This document shows positions 48,265 to 53,151 of a DNA stretch of 53,151 bases, one piece after another. Every line of letters starts with the position of its first letter. Position 1 is the first letter of the stretch. The notes under the pieces were generated by a model. It searched no databases. It was given only the letters and a program-made list of their open reading frames with translations, and had not been told where the DNA came from. The stretch comes from Candidatus Thorarchaeota archaeon SMTZ1-45 (GTDB lineage: Archaea > Asgardarchaeota > Thorarchaeia > Thorarchaeales > Thorarchaeaceae): the NCBI GenBank assembly GCA_001563335.1, contig LRSL01000037.1, forward strand, positions 1-53,151, read 5' to 3'. A program made the position numbers and the translations under genes.

Positions 48265-49464
48265 CTAGCGCTTGCCCATGAATCCGTCAAGACGATTCAT
48301 TGCCTCCTCAATTGTATCCGGTGGTGGTAAGAACACACTACGGAAATGTCCTGAACCATATTCTATTCCAAATCCTGAACCGGGGACAAAAACAACTCCT
48401 GTGCTTTCTAGCACATCTAGGACGAATTCTGTATCATCTTTCCATCGACCACGAAGGTCAATTTTAGGCATGATATAGAATGCTGCTTCTGGAAGTCTTG
48501 TTGAGATTGAATCAATCTCATTAAGTCGCTTGTGTATTAAATCTCGTCGCTTTCTCATCCTTCTCATTGTTTCGGTTAGATAATCACCCTCGCCTCTCAA
48601 TGCAGTTGCAGAGGCTATCTGAGCAGTTGCATTAAGACATATTCGTACTCGCGCCTGCCTGATCATTGCATCATAGAGCTGGTCTAGTTCACCATTTGAA
48701 TCGTGAAAATACGCATAACCAACTCGCCATCCTGGTGCGAGATACACCTTGCTAACACCATTAAAACCAATCACAGGAATATCTCCAGCGATTCGCACCA
48801 TCGGTGTCTGAGCTTCGTCGTAGGTCAATTGGTCGTAGATTTCATCAGATATCAGGGGCAGGTCATACTCGCCTGCTATTGCGACTATCTCTCTCAATAT
48901 CTTCTCATTGTATACTGAACCAGTCGGATTATTGGGATTGATGATAAGAATTGCGACTGTCTTGTCTGTTATTTTGCTCCTAAGGTCTTCTGTATCAGGA
49001 TTCCAATCATCTTCCTCTATTGTCCTGTAGGCAATAGGTTTTCCACCAAAGAATTTCACGTATGAAATGTAAGGTGGATAGCTAGGACCAGGAAGTAAGA
49101 ATTCTGAACCTACATCAATTAGAGCACCGGTTAGAAACTGGATGGCTTCAGAGACGCCCGCAGTTACAATCATCCTGTTAGGATCAACAGTAATCCCATT
49201 CACTCGTTTCTCTTTCTCTGCAGCTGCGACTCGAAGAATCTCTTCTCCCTCCGATGGTGAGTATCCGTGCCATCCGTCCTGAGCCGCTTTACACATTGCA
49301 TCTACCATATATTGTGGTGTTCGCCAATCATATGCAATAGGGTCTCCAATGTTTAGGTAGAGTGGTTTTTCCCCTGTTCGTTTCTGGTACTTTCTAGCTG
49401 CGACAACGATGTCACGTATTGCGTATTGCAGATCGGCTGCACGAGGAGTGATGTTTAATTTCAT
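48265..49464 (-). CDS. Class I/II PLP aminotransferase (alanine aminotransferase AlaA/AlaT-like)
   Basis: YAIRD, LNIGDP, GVSEAI, INPNNPTG, SDEIY, SKVY.APGWRVG and VPGSGFG. Confidence 0.92.
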   Translation of the reverse strand: MKLNITPRAADLQYAIRDIVVAARKYQKRTGEKPLYLNIGDPIAYDWRTPQYMVDAMCKAAQDGWHGYSPSEGEEILRVAAAEKEKRVNGITVDPNRMIVTAGVSEAIQFLTGALIDVGSEFLLPGPSYPPYISYVKFFGGKPIAYRTIEEDDWNPDTEDLRSKITDKTVAILIINPNNPTGSVYNEKILREIVAIAGEYDLPLISDEIYDQLTYDEAQTPMVRIAGDIPVIGFNGVSKVYLAPGWRVGYAYFHDSNGELDQLYDAMIRQARVRICLNATAQIASATALRGEGDYLTETMRRMRKRRDLIHKRLNEIDSISTRLPEAAFYIMPKIDLRGRWKDDTEFVLDVLESTGVVFVPGSGFGIEYGSGHFRSVFLPPPDTIEEAMNRLDGFMGKR

Positions 49465-49573
49465 TTTAGCCCCTATCTTCGTTGCATCCTATCCATCGTA
49501 TATTATTTACTGTCAAACCAAGTGCTTCTGTAAATGAAGGAAAGCCCATCATGACTCGTTTAATATATGAGGT

Positions 49574-49705
49574 CTTACTTTGAAGCACAGCTGCACTAAA
49601 GCAAAAGCTAACGTAGTTCTTGTATGCGTCAAATCCAGCAAGAGTACTATGATATTTGTAGAATGGCACGCCCCAGCTTAATCCTTCTTCTGCTTTTAGA
49701 ATAGC
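49574..49705 (-). pseudogene. Fragment of a DUF1801/YdhG-like gene
   Basis: KAEEGLSWGVPFYKYH..LAGF.AYKNYVSF matches the middle of DUF1801; the N-terminal helices and C-terminus are missing. Confidence 0.6.
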
Positions 49706-49763
49706 GAGTTGTAAAGAAAATGTCATCCTGCAGAGATGATTTTAAAAACTCAGGCTAAATTCA

Positions 49764-50357
49764 ATGATTATGCGCAAGCCATCAATTACTGCATTTAAAA
49801 AAGGGTTGTCACCAGAACAACGTGAAGAACTACTCAGAGCATTGAAAGTCCGTTTTGAGGAAAACATGAACCGACATAAAGGTCTTGTATGGACGAAAGT
49901 ACAAACAAAGCTGGAAGCTAATGCTGAAAGACTGTGGTCACTCAATGAAATGGAAAGAACTGGTGGTGAACCGGATGTTATTGGTCATGATAAAAAGACG
50001 GACGAATACATTTTTTATGATTGTTCAGCAGAAACTCCTAAAGGCCGCAGAAATGTTTGTTACGACCATGAAGGGCAGAAGGAGAGGGAAAAGAAAGGAG
50101 TGCATCCAGAAGGCAACGCTGTTGATATGGCAGCTGCTATGGGCATTGAGCTTTTAACAGAAGAACAATATCGAGAATTGCAGAAACTTGGAGATTTCGA
50201 TACAAAGACCTCGAGTTGGGTGAAAACACCCTTTGATATTAGAAAACTTGGCGGCGCTATCTTCTGTGATCGCCGCTATGACCATGTCTTCGTGTATCAT
50301 AACAGTGCACCCACTTTCTATGGTGTTAGGGGCTTCCGTGGCTCGCTTAGGGTTTAA
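49764..50357 (+). CDS. DUF4256 family protein
   Basis: LK.RFE.NMNRH, LWSLNEMERTGGEPDV, DCSAETPKGRR, FDTKTSSW, GGAIFCDRRY and RGFRG. Confidence 0.88.
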   Translation: MIMRKPSITAFKKGLSPEQREELLRALKVRFEENMNRHKGLVWTKVQTKLEANAERLWSLNEMERTGGEPDVIGHDKKTDEYIFYDCSAETPKGRRNVCYDHEGQKEREKKGVHPEGNAVDMAAAMGIELLTEEQYRELQKLGDFDTKTSSWVKTPFDIRKLGGAIFCDRRYDHVFVYHNSAPTFYGVRGFRGSLRV

Positions 50358-50565
50358 ATTAAGACTATGAAATTTAGCGTTTCTTTGAGTATCGGACGAG
50401 TTTCTCCGTCTGAATTGGTATTGTAAGAATCAATGTCTTTTAGCTTTGACATTTTCATTCATCGTTCCTCTTCTTACCTCTGAATTCAAGTGTTTACGAG
50501 TTTATGCAGAACCTTTTTTCCTGCATTTTGTGAATGTTGTTTCTTTTCTCTTTTCCTCCATTTTT

Positions 50566-53151
50566 CTACTCCTTATCCTCTTCTTTTCTGCGTGACCAAG
50601 CTTCCTTTCGATGCGGAATGACGATAAGCACGAGTTGGAAGCAGATAAGTCCAACAAGAAGAGTCAGGTCAAGAGGTACATATATCGCATTTGACTGAAA
50701 GAGAACAGCCGGTGGTGGCACTGGCGGAGCAATAACTTCATGCGTCACAACGTAGATTACACCGTTGCCATAACACAGAACATCGCGACCGGATGTGCTG
50801 TAGATATATCCAACTCTCGGGTCCAGGTTACTTGTCAAGTCATCTTTCCAGTAATGCCACATAAGCCGAGCTGTGGGTCCATCGACAACATTGATGTATT
50901 CTTTGTTGGTAAGAACGAGGTCAGTCCATCCATCTGTGTTCATATCCTCAAGTACAATATGTGTGTCCTTTCCTCCCATCACCAATGGCGCATTATATCT
51001 CCAGACTTCGGTCCCACTGAAGCTATAAGCAATAACACCATATCGCTCAAGATTGACCACCACTTCATCCACATTGTCATTGTTGTAGAGGTCTCCAGCG
51101 AAGAATTCTCTCACCATCCCAGTAGCGAAGTTCAGAGTAAAGCTACCTCCTCCAACAAACTCGAACATATGGATGTCTGAGCCGGAGTCCATCACAGCTA
51201 GGTCACCAGATCCATCTCCATTGAAATCGCCTGCTGCAAGACCATATGTTGATGAAGGAGACACAGTAGTCCAGAGAGCTCCGTTACCCCCGTTGTAGAT
51301 TCGAGCATTGAATAGTGATGCGCCCATAGCTATGTCCACTGTCGTCCCTCCTCTGAAGTTACCAACTGCCATACGATATGATGTTGCAGTTGATGTGAAG
51401 CCATCTGCTTTGGTGTTGTAGAGAACATTACCAGCCTCATCGTACCATTCTATGTATACTTCACTGCCACCAGAGAATTGTCTGATCAAAACAGCAATTT
51501 CTTCAAAATCATTGCCAGCTGCAGAACTGAAATCTGCAACCCTGATACCTTCAACTTCATGAGTGTCTGGTGCCTTCATTTGGAGTAACACCTGACCATC
51601 CAAACCATCAATTACATAGAGATCCCGCAGACCAGACCACACTGCGAGGTCCTTGGTAGACCAGTCGTTGATGTAGCCAATCTGGATATCAGCTATCTTT
51701 GACTCAAAGGTGATATTCCAACGAACCTGCATTGTCAAACCATCAATGAGTGCAAGATTGTACTTTCCGTCCAAGTTCCGACCAGCAACAACGATTTCGT
51801 CGAGAGAGGTTCCATAGATGTCATCTACCCAAACACCATAGACAGCATTTGCATCCATTTCCCAGTATACATCATGGGCATCATATGCTGGAGGCACAAC
51901 GAGCTCAGTTGGTTTCACGCCTGAAACCACTATGAGTTGTTCATTCTGCATGTCCCATGCAACAAGAGAATCATAACCCGAGTCATCCAGTCTTGCACCT
52001 ATGACCTCTCCGAGATCACCACCGGTGAAGTTGAACCATATTGGTATACCATTCTTTCCATCTATGGCGGCTACGATCCCAACATCATTGAGATATTCAG
52101 ACGCAACAACGAAGATATCAAGAGCTCCACTTCCGCTTGCGTTTCCAAAGCCTAGATTCCAAATGACATGGTTCTCAGTATCAAGATTGTAATGCCACTG
52201 AAGACTCTTGGATGCCACTTCCTCCAAGTATAGACCCCTGTCTAGTGTCAGGGTGAGAATCTCAGTGGAGTTGTCTCCATCGAAATCATGGACATACACT
52301 TCGTGGGGCCACCCTATGTCAGTTGTAGAGTTGTAGTAAACAGTACCTGTGAGCACATCAAGAATGTGTACTTTCCGCCGGACATATACGATGTCTTCAA
52401 ACCCATCTCTATTGAAGTCATAAGGAACAATTGTTGTATATGGAGTGGCAGTTCCATCCGGACTCTTGTAGTAGATGGTTCCGTTCAATGGATTCATGAC
52501 AACAATTGTTTCATTGTAAGTCACAAAGGCAAGTTGCTGCTCAGGCGCATCTGTGAAATTCCCGATTAACAGGGAGAAGATGTATGTTCCACCTGTGGAA
52601 TAGTTACTCAAGAGACCACCAGTATAGTTGAGGACATGAATATGTCCACTGTCATCGGTGAAAACAATTTCATGGATACTATCACCAGTCAAATCGCCCG
52701 TTGTCACAGAGACTAGGGGATTACCTGCATCTATGTAGCTCCACTCCAGATTTCCTGTTACAACGTCGAAGACATATAGGTTTGAGTCCTTCGAAGTGCA
52801 AAATATCTCAGCAATACCATCAGAATCTAGGTCACTAAGGATAACATTTGAGAATCCATCGGTCGCATCATCAGCATTTATCCAGATTTGCCCTCCGTAC
52901 TCATCGATTGCTTCGATTATTCCCAAGTCATATGACGCGAGAATTATTTCCTCTCTTCCATCTTGGTCCAGATCATTTGCCTGGAGTAAGTCAGGATAAA
53001 TCAGACCATCAATTAATATGTCCTGATCACCATTTGTAGGATAGGTCCATAGCTGCTTTGAATACCAAAGATTGACTGGTCCTTCTGAGGGGTCAATATA
53101 CTCGAAGATATATACATCACCCCGTTTCGAAGATACACCAATATCTTCCCA
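50566..53151 (-). CDS. Large FG-GAP/VCBS beta-propeller surface protein with C-terminal TM anchor; 5' end beyond the window
   Basis: Frame is open from the window edge (WEDIGVSS...NDLDQDGREEI...). Many DxDxDG.xE/D repeats (DLDSDG, DFNRDG, DFDGDN, DFNGDG, DMNTDG); Pro linker, TM helix and charged tail. Confidence 0.85.
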   Translation of the reverse strand, partial: WEDIGVSSKRGDVYIFEYIDPSEGPVNLWYSKQLWTYPTNGDQDILIDGLIYPDLLQANDLDQDGREEIILASYDLGIIEAIDEYGGQIWINADDATDGFSNVILSDLDSDGIAEIFCTSKDSNLYVFDVVTGNLEWSYIDAGNPLVSVTTGDLTGDSIHEIVFTDDSGHIHVLNYTGGLLSNYSTGGTYIFSLLIGNFTDAPEQQLAFVTYNETIVVMNPLNGTIYYKSPDGTATPYTTIVPYDFNRDGFEDIVYVRRKVHILDVLTGTVYYNSTTDIGWPHEVYVHDFDGDNSTEILTLTLDRGLYLEEVASKSLQWHYNLDTENHVIWNLGFGNASGSGALDIFVVASEYLNDVGIVAAIDGKNGIPIWFNFTGGDLGEVIGARLDDSGYDSLVAWDMQNEQLIVVSGVKPTELVVPPAYDAHDVYWEMDANAVYGVWVDDIYGTSLDEIVVAGRNLDGKYNLALIDGLTMQVRWNITFESKIADIQIGYINDWSTKDLAVWSGLRDLYVIDGLDGQVLLQMKAPDTHEVEGIRVADFSSAAGNDFEEIAVLIRQFSGGSEVYIEWYDEAGNVLYNTKADGFTSTATSYRMAVGNFRGGTTVDIAMGASLFNARIYNGGNGALWTTVSPSSTYGLAAGDFNGDGSGDLAVMDSGSDIHMFEFVGGGSFTLNFATGMVREFFAGDLYNNDNVDEVVVNLERYGVIAYSFSGTEVWRYNAPLVMGGKDTHIVLEDMNTDGWTDLVLTNKEYINVVDGPTARLMWHYWKDDLTSNLDPRVGYIYSTSGRDVLCYGNGVIYVVTHEVIAPPVPPPAVLFQSNAIYVPLDLTLLVGLICFQLVLIVIPHRKEAWSRRKEEDKE

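Noticed and set aside
50566-52926. Start codon at 52926 for the FG-GAP protein, and a true integrin call
   Set aside because: The frame stays open to the window edge, so the start lies outside; no integrin leg domains or GFFKR tail are visible.

Overview
A gene-dense archaeal chromosome segment. Gene content (Topo VI, Cdc48, Roadblock, longin-like, gelsolin-like and SNAP-like proteins, many TTG/GTG starts) points to an Asgard archaeon, probably Thorarchaeia; this is inference. Bases 1-21,100 hold a surface-glycosylation cluster: split Alg13/Alg14, GT2 and GT-C transferases, a complete legionaminic-acid-type nonulosonate pathway, and an acetamidino/amidation module (HisH/HisF paralogues, two N-acetyl-sugar amidotransferases, a glutaminase-less asparagine-synthase-like enzyme). 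Bases 21,300-45,500 mix core genes with candidate eukaryotic-signature genes: a tandem NPRL2/NPRL3-like longin-winged-helix pair near a Roadblock gene, an orphan NifB-like radical SAM gene, a divergent top6B-top6A operon with coiled-coil/wHTH and PD-(D/E)XK genes, an AN1-zinc-finger/M50 protease, hsp20-cdc48 behind a palindromic operator and a GC-rich pseudoknot-capable leader, and V4R-like, poly-Pro, gelsolin-like and SNAP-like proteins. Bases 45,500-53,151 are accessory genes and the 3' part of a large FG-GAP beta-propeller membrane protein. No rRNA, tRNA, CRISPR array or transposase was seen. All family calls come from motif recognition by eye, without database searches.
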